From NCBI RefSeq assembly GCF_006345805.1, contig NC_042997.1, forward strand, positions 189,038,001-189,102,000: a DNA stretch of 64,000 bases, given 5' to 3'. The notes below the pieces were generated by a model, which saw only the letters and a program-made list of their open reading frames with translations, did not search any database and was not told the DNA's origin. Position numbers and translations under genes: made by a program. The stretch comes from Octopus sinensis. Lineage: Eukaryota. Shown here one piece after another: positions 24,909 to 39,200 of the stretch (position 1 is the first letter of the stretch; each line of letters opens with the position of its first letter).

Positions 24909-27900
24909 TTAATTGTAGTTTGAATTTGATAAATTGTATTGTATTTTAAGGAATGGCCTTTCAGTAATCTGATGTGCAGTGAAATAAATTGGGATAGGCA
25001 AGATTGGTACTGTTATTGTGTTTATGTAATGTAGGAGTATGTAAAAGTAATAGGAGTTGTATAGGTAGAATATGGAGAATATTACAGAAAATCATAGAAT
25101 ATGGGGAATAAAGTGAAAAGTGAATAGTAGATATTAGTTTAATTGAAGATAAAGAGTAGCTTACAAATTCTGAACTGAGGCAGAAAGAAGGTTTTATTGA
25201 TTGAACAGATGACTGTGATTGGAGGTGGTACAACTCCCAAATATGAGAATGCAATGTCATAAGGTTCCAGGTTTTAGCTGTTACTGATAAGATGAATAAT
25301 AATCTTGTTAATTTTAACTGAAGTAATTTAGGAAAAAAAAAAAAGTTACTATTAGGTCCAAGGAAGTCCTGTTAAATTGGTTGACATACAAGTTGTTCTG
25401 CTTGTCATGAACAAAAGTAATGAATATTTGGAAGTGAAAAAATATTGTTATCGTTCTGTGTAATGAGTGTCTTTATTTTGTCAATTATTTAAAATTCATT
25501 TTGGGTATTAATAAAATTTTCATCAGCTCTTATGGCTAGTCTGCAATGTTTTTATAGTCTTTCACTGCTTTCCATTTTTAATCTGTAAATTTTCATATGC
25601 TTATGTCTTGTTTAATTTTGAAAACAATAAGAATTTGGAATGAATTAGTTAAATAACTAATTTTTAGGTGCATTTCTATATCAAATTGGTGTTTTTAACA
25701 TAAGGATAAAATTTTATTGCGTAAAATTATGATGGAAAGTTCTGACTTAATTGTGCATACTTCAAAACAAGATTTTAGTTTGCATCCAAGAACCAAACGA
25801 GCAAAATACGTACAATTTACTTTTACCATTATCATGGGAGGACTCATTGATAGAAAAAAAGTTTTAAACGTTTATCTTTAGAAACAAAGACTGACTCAGT
25901 TAATTTACCAAATAATTTAACTTTCAGTTATTCTGAGAGAATTTATATTGAAGTTTAACAGAGTAGAAAAATATATCGAAACTTGTAGAAATAGGATCAT
26001 AAAAGAGTTAGCAACATAAAAAGACCTTTTAGCAATCTTTTACATTTTTCTGGATATACTTGGTTATTTTCAGCATTATCAAATACAACAGGATGCTTGC
26101 ATGTTTGCTATTTTGAGTGCATGTTTAAAATATTTCTCTTATATTTCACAATATATATTTTTTTATATTCTTTTTAAATAAAGTTATGGTGTTGGTGGCT
26201 TTTATACTTTTATTTGCTCTTCACCCGGAACTTGTGTTTTTGGTGTTTTATATAAATTTTTGCTTTGGACATTCAGTTTAAGAATTTTAAAATCAAATCT
26301 GAAATCTCAACACTTAATTGTACTGTTACTTGACAAATTTCTTGTCATCAATTTATTTCATCCTGAAGCATTGCTTTCTCTTTTATTTTATTCACAGTAT
26401 TGGCTACTGTGATAGTGCTGACCACTGTTTTGCTCAATCCTCATTCAGAAATGCGTCCTGTTTGAAATTTTTGTATTGGTACATGCACAGTTAAAGAGTT
26501 GTGTAATGTATTTGTTTGCTGATGTCTAATCTATATGTATAATCAGGACTTATCTTACTAACTCTTAACAGTGGGACACATAGAGGCATCGTGTGCATGC
26601 ATAAACTTTTTAAGTTAGAATGAGGGCAGTGTAAAAATGCCATCAGATGTGGGGCTAGATTTCATATATATATATATATATATAAATACAGATGAGTGGT
26701 ACAACAAGGCATCAATATTTACTGGAAATAGCAGTCGATACAAATACGATGTTATTGTAAAGCTTCACTGCGTATATACTGGCAAAGACGTGTGAGTGCA
26801 ACAAACATGAAAAATTTGTTTTACCTCTAGGAAGAACATTCGATAAATGGACAACCCAGAATTGGATAATGCAGGACCGGTTTCTGACTCTTCAAATACG
26901 TTTGTCAATGTAAATTTGATCAGTCTTCATCAGCTGCATTTACCTAGACAAGATTTCAAATGTTGCCACATCAATGCCAGTACACTCGCCTGAACGCTTA
27001 GTTGTTAAAAGAACGAGAAGAGTGAAAAGGTTTTCAATGAAAAAATACAATAAAATAAAAATAAAACCTCATAAGGGTAATAAAATAAATACAGTAAAAT
27101 AAAGCCCTATAAGGGTAGAAGTATAACTATAAATACAGATGAGTGGTACAACAAGGCGCCAATATTTACTGGAAATAGCAGTCGATACAAATATGACAGT
27201 ATTGTAAAGCTTCACTGCGTATATACATTCAAATATATATACATACCTGTATGTATGTGTGTGTGTATATATAGGACCCGGCAGGACTAGTCAGGCCATA
27301 TCCCGTGGCCCCTACCTGGGACGTAGTCGATCCACCTGTGCATACCTTCCTTCTTGTGACACTTGTGAAGACCTGCTGAGGCAAGTGTAAATCAATCAAA
27401 ATAGATGAACATCAATGGAATTTGTATCTTTGTGGTACCAGTGCCTGTGGCACACAAGAAAACCATCCGAACGTGGCCGTAGCCAGTACCGCATCGACTG
27501 GCCTCCGTGCTGTGGGAACATGGTGGCACATAAAAACACCATCCGAAGACCCGGCAAGACTAGTCAGGTCATAACCCGTGGGCCCTACCTGGGACGTAGT
27601 CAGTCCACCTGTACATACCTTCCTTCTTGTGACACTTGTGAAGACCTGCTGAGGCAAGTGAAAATCAAATCAAATCAAAACAAATCAAAATAGATGAACA
27701 TCAATGGAATTTGTATCCTTGTGGTACCAGTGCCGGTGGCACACAAGAATCCATCCGAACGTGGCCGTAGTCAGTACCGCTTGTGGTACCAGTGCCGGTG
27801 GCACACAAGAATCCATCCGAACGTGGCCGTAGTCAGTACCGCATCACTCGCCATTGTGCTGTGGGCACATAACAAACACCATCCGGTCGTGGCCGTTCGC

Positions 27901-29865
27901 CAGCCTCATCTAGCACCTGTGTCGGTGGCACATAAAAAGTAGTCAGTACCGCTTGTGGTACCAGTGCCGGTGGCACACAAGAATCCATCCGAACATGGCC
28001 GTAGTCAGTACCGCATCACTGGCCATCGTGCTGTGGGCACATAACAAACACCATCCGGTCGTGGCCGTTCGCCAGCTTCATCTAGCACCTGTGTCGGTGG
28101 CACATAAAAACACCTTCCGAAGACCCGGCAAGACTAGTCAGGCCATAAACCATGGCCCCTACCTGGGACGTAGTCAGTCCACCTGTGCATACCTTCCTCC
28201 TTGTGATACTTGTGAAGGCCTGTTGAGGCAAGTGAAAATCAAATCAAAATCAAATCAAAACAAATCAAAATAGATGAACATCAATGGAATTTGTATCTTT
28301 GTGGTACCAGTGCCGGTGGCACACAAGAGAAAACCATCCGAAAGTGGCCGTAGCCAGTACCGCATCGACTGGCCTCCGTGCTGTGGGCACATGACAAACA
28401 CCATCCGATCGTGGCCGTTCGCCAGCCTCATCTAGCACCTGTGTCGGTGGCACATAAAAACACCATCCGAAGACCCGGCAAGACTAGTCAGGCCATAACC
28501 CATGGCCCCTACCTGGGACGTAGTCAGTCCACCTGTGCATACCTTCCTTCTTGTGACACTTGTGAAGACCTGTTGAGGCAAGTGAAAATCAAATCAAAAC
28601 AAATCAAAATAGATGAACATCAATGGAATCTGTATCTTTGTGGTACCAGTGCCGGTGGCACACACTTTGTGGTACCAGTGCCGGTGGCACACAAGAGAAC
28701 CATCCGAACGTGGCCGTAGCCAGTTCCGCATCGACCGGCCTCCGTGCTGTGGGCACGTAACAAACACCATCCGATCATGGCCGTTCGCCAGCCTCATCTG
28801 GCACCTGTGTCGGTGGCACATAAAAACACCTTCCGAAGACCCGGCAAGACTAGTCAGTCCACCTGTGCATACCTTCCTTCTTGTGACACTTGTGAAGACC
28901 GGTTGAGGCAAGTGAAAATCAAATCAAATCAAAATAGACAAAATAGATGAACATCAATGGAATTTGTATCCTGTGGTACCAGTGCCTGTGGCACACAAGA
29001 ATCCATCAGTGCCGTAGTCAGTGCGGTGGGCACATGACAAACACCATCCGATCGTGGCCGTTCGCCAGCCTCATCTAGCACCTGTGTCGGTGGCACATAA
29101 AAACACCATCCGAAGACCCGGCAAGACTAGTCAGGCCATAACCCATGGCCCCTACCTGGGACGTAGTCAGTCCACCTGTGCATACCTTCCTTCTTGTGAC
29201 ACTTGTGAAGACCTGTTGAGACAAGTGAAAATCAAATCAAAACAAATCAAAATAGATGAACATCAATGGAATTTGTATCTTTGTGGTACCAGTGCCGGTG
29301 GCACGTGGCACATAAGAAAACCATCCGAACGTGGCCGTAGCCAGTACCGCATCGACTGGCCTCCGTGCTGTGGGCACGTAACAAGCACCATCCGATCGTG
29401 GCCGTTTGCCAGCCTCATCTGGCACCTGTGTCGGTGGCACATAAAAACACCATCCGAGCGTGGCCGTCTGCCAGCCTCGTCTGGCACCTGTGTCGGTGGC
29501 ACATAAAAACACCATCCGAGCGTGGCCGTCTGCCAGCCTCGTCTGGCACCTGTGTCGGTGGCACATAAAAACACCATCCGAGCGTGGCCGTCTGCCAGCC
29601 TCGTCTGGCACCTGTGTCGGTGGCACATAAAAACACCATCCGAGCGTGGCCGTTTGCCAGCCTCGTCTGGCACCTGTGTCGGTGGCACATAAAATCACCC
29701 ACTACACTCTCGGAGTGGTTGGCGTTAGGAAGGGCATCCAGCTGTAGAAACACTGCCAGATCTGACTGGACTGGTGCAGCTTTCGGGCTCCCCAGACCCC
29801 AGTTGAACCGTCCAACCCATGCTAGCATGGAAAGCGGACGTTAAATGATGATGATGATGATGATG

Positions 29866-29905
<40 letters not shown>

Positions 29906-31829
29906 TTACTTATAGATATAGATACATGTATAAAATACATGCATACATTCATGCGTACAGCAGGCAGATTTTGCCATATCAAACAAAGTAAATATACAGA
30001 AACTATGAAATATTTACTTTTGGTGAAACGAAATAAACTCCGGCTTTAATGCACATAACTGCTAAAGTATGAGTCTTTCCTGTAATAGTTTTGAGATTAA
30101 ATATTTGACAGATAGAATTTAAAAAAAAATGTTTTTCATATGATTTATGAAGATATAATTAAAAAGAGAAAAGATATCTTTCAGGGACACAATTGTCAAG
30201 TCCGAACATTTCAGATTTTATTGTTTACTTTCACCCACTATCTGCTTTTATTACTATTGGTGCATGGCTGATTGGGAAGCTATACTAACAAGCCCATTGC
30301 TTTCAGGTATGAGGAGTACTTTGGTGCTGGTAGTTACGATGACTATGAAAATTATAGTCGTCCAAGTCGAGAGCAATCTCGTACACACACCCCATTACAA
30401 GAACCCTCATCTCGAGGACCTATGTAAGTTTTAACCCCTAATTTTTGTTGCTTGTTTGTTTTTTTTCTGTATATTTTTGTAACTGTTTGGTTCAGTTTTT
30501 GTTTTTGAGTTTTAAATTGTGTGTATATATATATGTGTGTATCTAAGTGTACTCAGTATGGAACTGAAAAGACTATAATTCAAATTAGTACTCAGTACAT
30601 GTGTTGAGTAGAATGGATGTATTCATTTGTTAGCAAAAAGACCCTATGGAAAGCTCATTCTGTTTCAGTGGGTTCAGTTATAGAGGTCAAACTCACATCA
30701 TTAGGAATAAATAACTGCTATGCATACTGAATGTGACTAGTGCTGTATATCATAGAGTGTGTGTATGTTTGTATGTATGTTTAATTTGGGTGATGGGTTT
30801 AATTGTGGCTAATGTATGTGTTTTGGTTTATAATCAGTTGGGTGTGCATGTCTGTGAGTGTGGCTAGTGTAGCTCTATAGTGTTAGTTCATAAACACACA
30901 TGCACACACATACACATGAGAAATTTGATAGTCATGCTTTGACTAAAAAGACAAGTGAACTAGCTAAAGTTGTTTTAATTAAAACAGGTTTCTAATACAA
31001 CTTTGTTGTTGCTGTTGTTGTTATTAATTAGCTCTGACTGTGACGAAGTGGTATAACAAGTAATCTAGAGGGAAAATATAAACAGATGACATCAAGGTTT
31101 GGGTTGGAAAACTGATCAGAGAGAGAAATAAAAGCAAACAATTTCAGTATTCTAGAACATGTGAAGGGGATATTTGGAATGCATATGGGAGTTTGAAGCC
31201 TAGATGTTTTCTATGCAAACCGTTTTCCTCCCTGCAATAATATAAAATTATTAAAGTGGATAGATGCAGTTTAAAACCAAAAGGCACAAATACAATCATC
31301 ACTAAAAGTGACTAAGAGTGCAAGTTAGCACCATCATTTCTAGAAATAAGAGTCAAAATAACTCTTAGCCATGAACAGAGTGCATGCACACATACACTCT
31401 ACAATACAAAATGGGACAAGAACGCAAAACATCTGGATAGTTAGGTGTTACATAATGGGACAACAAATAATCCAGATAGATGATACAAAGAAAATAAGGA
31501 TGGGTCACTTGGAGTTTTCTTTCCTCAGTCGAGTACCAGATTATCTTTGCAATTTCGGCTGAATATATTCAAGATTGTTCCAATCTGGCCAGCCCCAAGG
31601 AAAAACTAAGCTAAGAGCATTAGATTCCTTGGAAGGAAGCAGTGAATGTATTATATATATATATACACATACATACTGTCCAACCCATGCCAGCATGGAA
31701 AGCGAGATAAATGATGATGATGATGATATATGTGCATGTATGATGTTGCACTTTGGGCAAATGTCTTCTACTGTAGTCTCAAACTGACCTATTTTTTTGT
31801 GAGTGTAATCAGTGGATGGAAACTCTCTG

Positions 31830-31860
<31 letters not shown>

Positions 31861-32879
31861 CATGCACTCACATGTCTGTGTATCTGTGTGTACGTTTTAT
31901 TTCTGTATCCTCACATGAAAAGTGTCTAGAAAAAAAAAATGGTGACATTTGTTGACATTCTCTGCTAACATATTGTTCTGTAAATCTGTGTTTTCAAAAA
32001 CAAATGGAATTAGAAAAAAATATCCATCATCTAAAAACAGGTGAAGGTTAGCTGCAGAAAGGGTATCCAACTGTAGAACATTGCTTCAGTAGGTATTTGT
32101 CCAGAACATGCTAACATGGAAATTGATGTAGAATGAATGAATGATTGGATGAATAAATATACATACATAATTTCATGTGTTGCATGTACACGAAAATGCA
32201 TACATGTATTTATGTACAGACACACACACACACTATCTCTCTCTCAGATGAGTGAAAAAGTTAACCTTTGATATCTTCCTAAATGTTTACCAGTGAAAAC
32301 TAGCCACTCATTTATATTTCATATCTTTACTGTATTAAAATATATCCTAATGTCTTTAAAAAAATGAAGATTAAGCTGCCCATCGCTTGACCATGCAATT
32401 TAAGCTAAAAAACAACAATGCATAGTAAAGTCACTGGTAAAATGTCTCAAAGTACAATGTTACCAACACAAAGTAATGAAATAGTCTTTTGTATAAAATG
32501 TACCAAAAAACAAAACGAAAAACAATCCATTGATATTTGTTTTTATTCTCAACAATCTTGTTATAAATTACCTTACTTAAATTGGGTGGATTTTCTTATT
32601 AAATGCTGTTGCAAATTGCTAAAATATTAGAAGGATCAAAATAAAAAAATGAAGAGGTTTTGATTTTTGTTTAATTTCAACCAGACATGTCTCATATACT
32701 AACTAAATAATAGCATGGTAGGATTGATACATCAAGCATTCTATTTTTTTGTTTTTTGGTTTTGTAATATTATATACTTCAGTATGACTTTTTTTATTTA
32801 TTTAAAAAATTAACCTCTTAATGAAAATCTATTATCATGGAGCAAAATATGTTTAAAACCTTTTTCTTTCATTATATAT

Positions 32880-32924
<45 letters not shown>

Positions 32925-35900
32925 TACATATATCCATCCATCCAGCTAACCACACACACATATCTTCACTTCAATCTCTGGGTCATTTGCTTTTTTTTCT
33001 CTTCCATTTTCTATTCTTGTTAATGCACAAAGTATGTCTTCACAATATGGCTGGTATTTTTTATCACACATTTCACCAACTGTGAATGTTTTCTCTTGAA
33101 TTAACCCTGATGTTGCATGTGTTATTCAACAGGTTAGGTGCATTTATTGACATTTAAAGTTTTCCTGTTTCCTTTTTTTTTTTCCCTTCCTTCTTGAAAT
33201 CCCATTTCTGATTTACTGGAAATGGAATTCCAAGAAGCAAAATAATTAACAGTTAAGGATAGGGAAGAAAGAGGTGTACTTACATATTCAAGTTTTATGT
33301 CATAATGTTTTTATGCCAATGTCTTATGAACTTTTGTTATTTTATTTCTTCATATACTTTATTACTATGAAGTAAACTTTACTCTTCTTTCAAGGATAAG
33401 ATGTTCATAAATAACCATGTTCGCTTGGTTATGTATGAATATCACTAAAAAAAAGTAAAAGCACTGTAATGATGTTGTTAGCCACTTACTACTTATAAAA
33501 GAAGGAATATGGTTTGTTTTGCTTTAATTTATGGAAAAATATTACTGTATATACATATATCTGCAAGATTTAAGTCAAAACTACTTTGTTGATTAAAGAA
33601 AAAAGGGAATTTTGCAGGTTTTGTGCATTATAAATTAAAAATTTGAGGCTATTTTAGTTTCATTGTGTATATTACATTTCTGTTTACATTCTTTGAAACT
33701 TAGTCTGAAATTGCTATCTCTTTACTATCTCTATTTATAGTGGTCAGTATAGCTCTCTTCCAGAAATGTATGACTATGAGGCTTATTACAATTACTATGA
33801 AACTGCAGACTGGCCAACACCTGAAGGTAAAACTTAATTTTGTTAATATAATTACAGTTTATAACAATTCACTTTTCTGCTCATTTTTTTTAATTGTTGT
33901 TTCTACAAATAAGTCTTAATAATCATTTGACCTTGAGAAGGGTTGTAATTGTAAATGGAACTGATGAATGTTACCTAGGGTAGTCCTAACTGAACAGAGC
34001 AATGATTAAAGGCATTCTAGCCATGATCATCTTGTCTTGATTGAAATTTAGCTCTAATTTCTAGCAGGTTGAGCAATCATATGGAAGCTTCTTCATTGGA
34101 ACTGGTAGTTTAGAATTTAGGCCCTCAATATTTGATGTTTTAACTATTTTGTCTATTTTGTTGTATTCTAATGAAATAACTTTACATACTGTGGACCACC
34201 TTTTGTGCTTTTCTGGGTTTGGGGTTGATCATATTTGCTATCTATATGTACTTATGTTTAGGATGAGTTTCACACAAGTAGTTAAGGCGGTGAGCTGGCA
34301 GAAATGTTAGCACGCTGGGCAAAATGCTTTGGGGCATTTCGTCTGTCTTTACATTCAGAGTTCAAATACCGCCGAGTTTGACTTTGCTTTTCATCCATTC
34401 GATATCTATTAAATAAGTACCAGTTATGCACTGGGGTCGATATAATCGACTTAATCCGTTTGTCTGTCCTTGTTTGTCCCCTCTATGTTTATCCCCTTGT
34501 GGGCAATAAAGAAATAAGTAGTTAGGGCATTTAACAATGTTGAAAAAAAAAAAAAATTTTTAAGTTGTTTTTTTGTTTTTCACCTCTGTCTTCAACATTA
34601 TTTCCAGAAACTACAGGTCGAATGACCCCTGCAAAGTTTTTTACTCCTCATACTTGTGCTGTGTTTGGCCCAAGTGGCCAGCTTATCCATGTGCCTGCAA
34701 ACTTACCGTCTGATGGTCAGCCAGCTACAGTTGAAATCATGAGCGTAGAAAATGTTCTGTCAGACCAAAAAGAAGCTGAAGAACTGCACAGTTTCCCAGG
34801 ACCTTTAATAAGGTATGTCAAAGATTACAAAGAAAATGATTCTGGATTTTAGTGTCATTGTTTGTTGATGAAAGTTGTATAAATAGTCTCATTTGGGAAT
34901 TTGAGTGTTAGTAAAGAAAAACAAGGTTTGTTTTTTTAGTTCTTTAATATGTTGGAATTTTAAATCTTAGCTGTTGATGCAAATATATCTTATGATTTGA
35001 TTAGGTGTTATTTATGTATTGGAAAGTAGTGTGTAACATTTGAAATAAGATATTAATGATCCTTGTGGAATTACTGGTATAAAGTTCATTGAAAAGTTTG
35101 AGACAGACATTAATCTTCAAAATGATAGGATAATGATAACATTATTTATCAAAATTGTGAAAATAAAATCCCTATAAAACCAGAGTAAAATAAGAAAGTT
35201 ATAAGATTTTAAAATAGAGTTGAAGTTGATGAGGTGATTGTTTAAATCAAACAAAATTTATAGGCTATCTTAAACTTTAGACATTATCTTAACAGGTTTT
35301 TCCTAAAATGTTGATTATAGTATTGTGTAAAGTTTCTTCAATTGTTTTCTTATAACTATGTTTTTCCAGAGGAGAAACCCACAAGAATGATGTGTTACTA
35401 TTTTGTCAATCTAAAGTGAAAGAGTATGGTGAAAATATGAGAATGACTGATAGAGAATCTGCAATTTTATTGTGGAAATTTCTTGAACTTCTTATTAAAC
35501 AAAATGGCGTAAGTATTCTCTCTCTCTCTCTCCTAGTATACATACATACATACGCAAGTACATACATACATACATATAGCTGTGTGGTTAAGATGTTTGC
35601 TTTGCAACTACATGCTATTAGGTTCTGTCCCACTGTGTCGTATCTAGGGTCAGTGTCTTTATTATAGCCCTGGACCGACCAATGATACCATGTGAGGGAA
35701 TTTGGTTGATAGGAATTTCACAAAGCCCTTTTCTATGCACATGCATGCATATATACACATGTGCAAATGTTCATACATTCAACACTTATCAGTACTTGAA
35801 TGAAGTGATGCTGATGCTGACATTATGACCGATCAGTCTCTGCTTTCAAAGCTCTATGGAAAAAAAAAAAAAAAGAAAAAAATGGAATTGACAATGGTAA

Positions 35901-36234
35901 GAGCACATGGCTGTAAAATCCTGCCTCAAATATATTTCTGTCTAAATTCATGCTAACATGGAAAGACTTATATTTTAACTTGGGTTGAAACATTAGTTTC
36001 TTTTCCATCATAGATACTTTCACAATGTGTCAGTATCTGTGATGATGAATATATGAGATGAGGAAAGTTGTCTGATGTCAAACGAACAATTTTTTCAAGC
36101 ATGTTTTTGGTTTTATAAAGCATAAACTCACTTTTCTATATTTTATATGTGGATATTATGTGTCAGGGGTTATGATATTAAAATTAATGGATTACTGAAC
36201 ATGAGTCATACATTTAACCAAACCTTGATACAAG

Positions 36235-36269
<35 letters not shown>

Positions 36270-39200
36270 GTTTAACGTCCACTTTCCATGCTAGCATGGG
36301 TTGGATGATTTTGACTGAGGACTGGCGAACCAGATGGCTGCACCAGGCTCCAGTCTTGATCTGGCAGAGTTTCTACAGCTGGATGCCCTTCCTAACGCCA
36401 ACCGCTCCAAGAGTGTAGTGAGTGCTTTTATGTGCCAACAGCATGGGGGCCAGTCAGGCGGTACTGGCAATGACCTCGCTCGAATCCTTTTATACATGCC
36501 ACCAGCACAGGTGCCAGAAAACGATTTTGGTAACGATCACACTCGAATGGTGCCCTTTTACGTGCCCACTGGCACGGAAGCCAGTTGGCTGCTCTGGCAA
36601 CGATCACGCCCGGATGATGCTCTTGGCACCCTACTAGCACGGGCACAAGTGCCAGTAAGGCGACGCTGGTAACGATCACGTTGTTTATTCATAAGTAAGG
36701 CAGATGTCCATGTTGTAGGGTAGCTTTTGTGTCCAGTACATTACTCTGATCTCTTTCATCTGCTTGACTTTTGATTGCTAAAAAGGAAAAATAGTTGTAA
36801 AAATTTAAATTATAGCAATATTGATAATGAAGTATTAGTAAAAATAATTTTAATTCTGGAACCTATTTGTTATTGGCCTTTGCTAACTGAAAGGGAAAAT
36901 TTAATTGGAAAATACAAAAAAAAAAATTATATAACAAAAATATTTAGGAGTCATTGTTATCATGATTGAAGTCCAAGTGTATACTCTTTTTTGTTTCTAC
37001 CTATAATATCATTGCACAGCTGTGTAGTTGGTAGAAAATAATGTTTTGGCAGAGTTGTATATCTCTCATTCAAGGAGACAATAACAGAGAGTGAATGAGG
37101 TGAAATGTAAAAAGGTTTGGGAAGTAAACATGCAGATAGCAACGCACGCGCGTGTGTGTGTATATACATACATGCATACATTCACATCTGGTTTCGGCCC
37201 CTACTCCTCTACCATCAAAACGGTAGAAGAGTAGGGGCCGGAACCGGATGTGGTTCCTCCTGATGATGTCTTGAGCTAACTGGATCCTATAAAGGAGCTG
37301 TTGTGGTAGCAGACCACGAAACATGGTTGAAATTCCTCTTTCCTACACACAAGCATACATTCACATCTGGTTGAATCAAATGAAAGATGGAAGTCAAGTT
37401 TATTGTGAGTTGTTGGAGCAATATATAAATGATATGTTAATTATTAGCATGTATTATTAGCTGCTAAAACTTAAGGTCCTTGAATAAAGCAACCAGACCA
37501 TCACTGCATACTTTATTGAATCATCATACTAAGATAAATGCTTATAAACTCCAACACCCTAATGTGTTACAGCATATTACTATTCTCTAGTTTTGTAGTT
37601 TTAGTGTTTATAGGGTGAGATAAAAACTTATTGTTAAAGAAACAGCTATCAATATGTGTGTGAGGGAACGAGTCTTTAGAAATATACTAGAACCCATCAT
37701 TCCCTGGAACATCAACAAGCAAGTGCAAAAGCCTGTTGGTGGTACAAAAATGTAGTTTCTGAGATGAATACTGAAAGTGTCCTGTACAACAAACTTCAGA
37801 AAACTTTTTAACAATATAAGGAGGTAGCAAGCTAAATTCATTGGGCATCATCTGAAAAGACAAAAACTTGAATACTGGGTGACAGCTGAATAAATGAAAA
37901 GGAAGTATGGGGAAGACAGAGCCAGAAGCTACTCAGTGGTTTTACTTGCTGTTTACGGAGAGATTGACCTTATAATATGAGTTTGGAGGCTCATGATCTC
38001 TTGCACTTGTGGGTATGGGACATAGAAAGATGAATGATTTGCACACATATATTTGTTGTACACAAACTATATATACATTTGTTTGACTTTATCTTGTATG
38101 AAATATTGGTTTCAAATTTTGGCACAAAGCCAGCAGCTTTGTAGGAGTGCTCAACTGGTACTTATTTTATCAACTCTGAAAGGATGAAAGGTGAAGTCAA
38201 TGACAGTGGAATTTGAACTCAAAATGTAAAGATGGATGAAACACCATTAAACATCTCACCTCGTGGTTAATGATTCTGCCAGTTTGAACAGCTGTGAAAA
38301 TCGGGTAAATACCCTTAGAAAATGGAAACAAATTGGCCAGAAAGCCGCTAAGGAGAATTAAACCATGTACCTCTTAAATTCCAGTTGAGCACTCTGTACC
38401 CTTAAGCTAAGCAACCGCAGTCTATATTGTTTTGTATTGTATGAAATATTGGCAGACATTTTAATCATTTATGTTACTGTTTTTACAAATCATATTTTCA
38501 GACGATTGTTGGAACAGATATTGCAGATTTACTTCTTGAAGATCATGTACCAAATACATCTGATTATGGAGACAGTGAATCTAAAGCGGAGAGTGAAAGA
38601 GAAAGTACCCAATCTCCGGCAACACAAGAGAACAGTGCTCTCCAAATGACAACTACCTCAGATAGAGTTTTAGTAAATCGCGGTTTGGACCTGAATGAAA
38701 AAACTGATCGGTTTAGAAATCTTTTACTGTATGGTAGGAAAAAGGTATATAATTCATTTGTTTTCAATGGTTATTTTTTTATTTCATCCGAAATGAAAAA
38801 CTATTTTTCAAAATAATTGTCAAGTTTGTAAATGATGGCTGTGATGAGGTATTTTGTTTCTAGATTACTCTTTTACTTGTTTCAGTCATTTGACTGTGGC
38901 CATCCTGGAGCACTGCCTTTAGTCAAGCAAATTGCCCTCATGACTTATTCTTTGTAAGCCTAGTACTTATTCTGTCAGTCTCTTTTGCTGAACTGCTAAG
39001 TTACGGGAACGTAAACACACCAGCATCGGTTGTGAAGCAATGTTGGGGAGACAAACACAGACACAGAAACATATGACGGGTATTTTTCAGTTTCCGTCTA
39101 CCAAATCCACTCACAAGGCTTTGGTTGGCCCGAGGCTATAGTAGAAGATACTTGCCCAAGGTGCCACGCAGTGGGACTGAACCCAGAGCCATGTGGTTGG

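Noticed and set aside
26184-26412. ~75-codon open frame after an AAG, in the intron's phase
   Set aside because: Weak acceptor, no suitable donor, and T-rich composition explains the lack of stops.
27275-29700. CRISPR-like appearance and many ORFs in the repeated modules
   Set aside because: Eukaryotic intron, no unique spacers, no cas genes. The ORFs are translations of a GC-rich minisatellite and recur in all family B copies.
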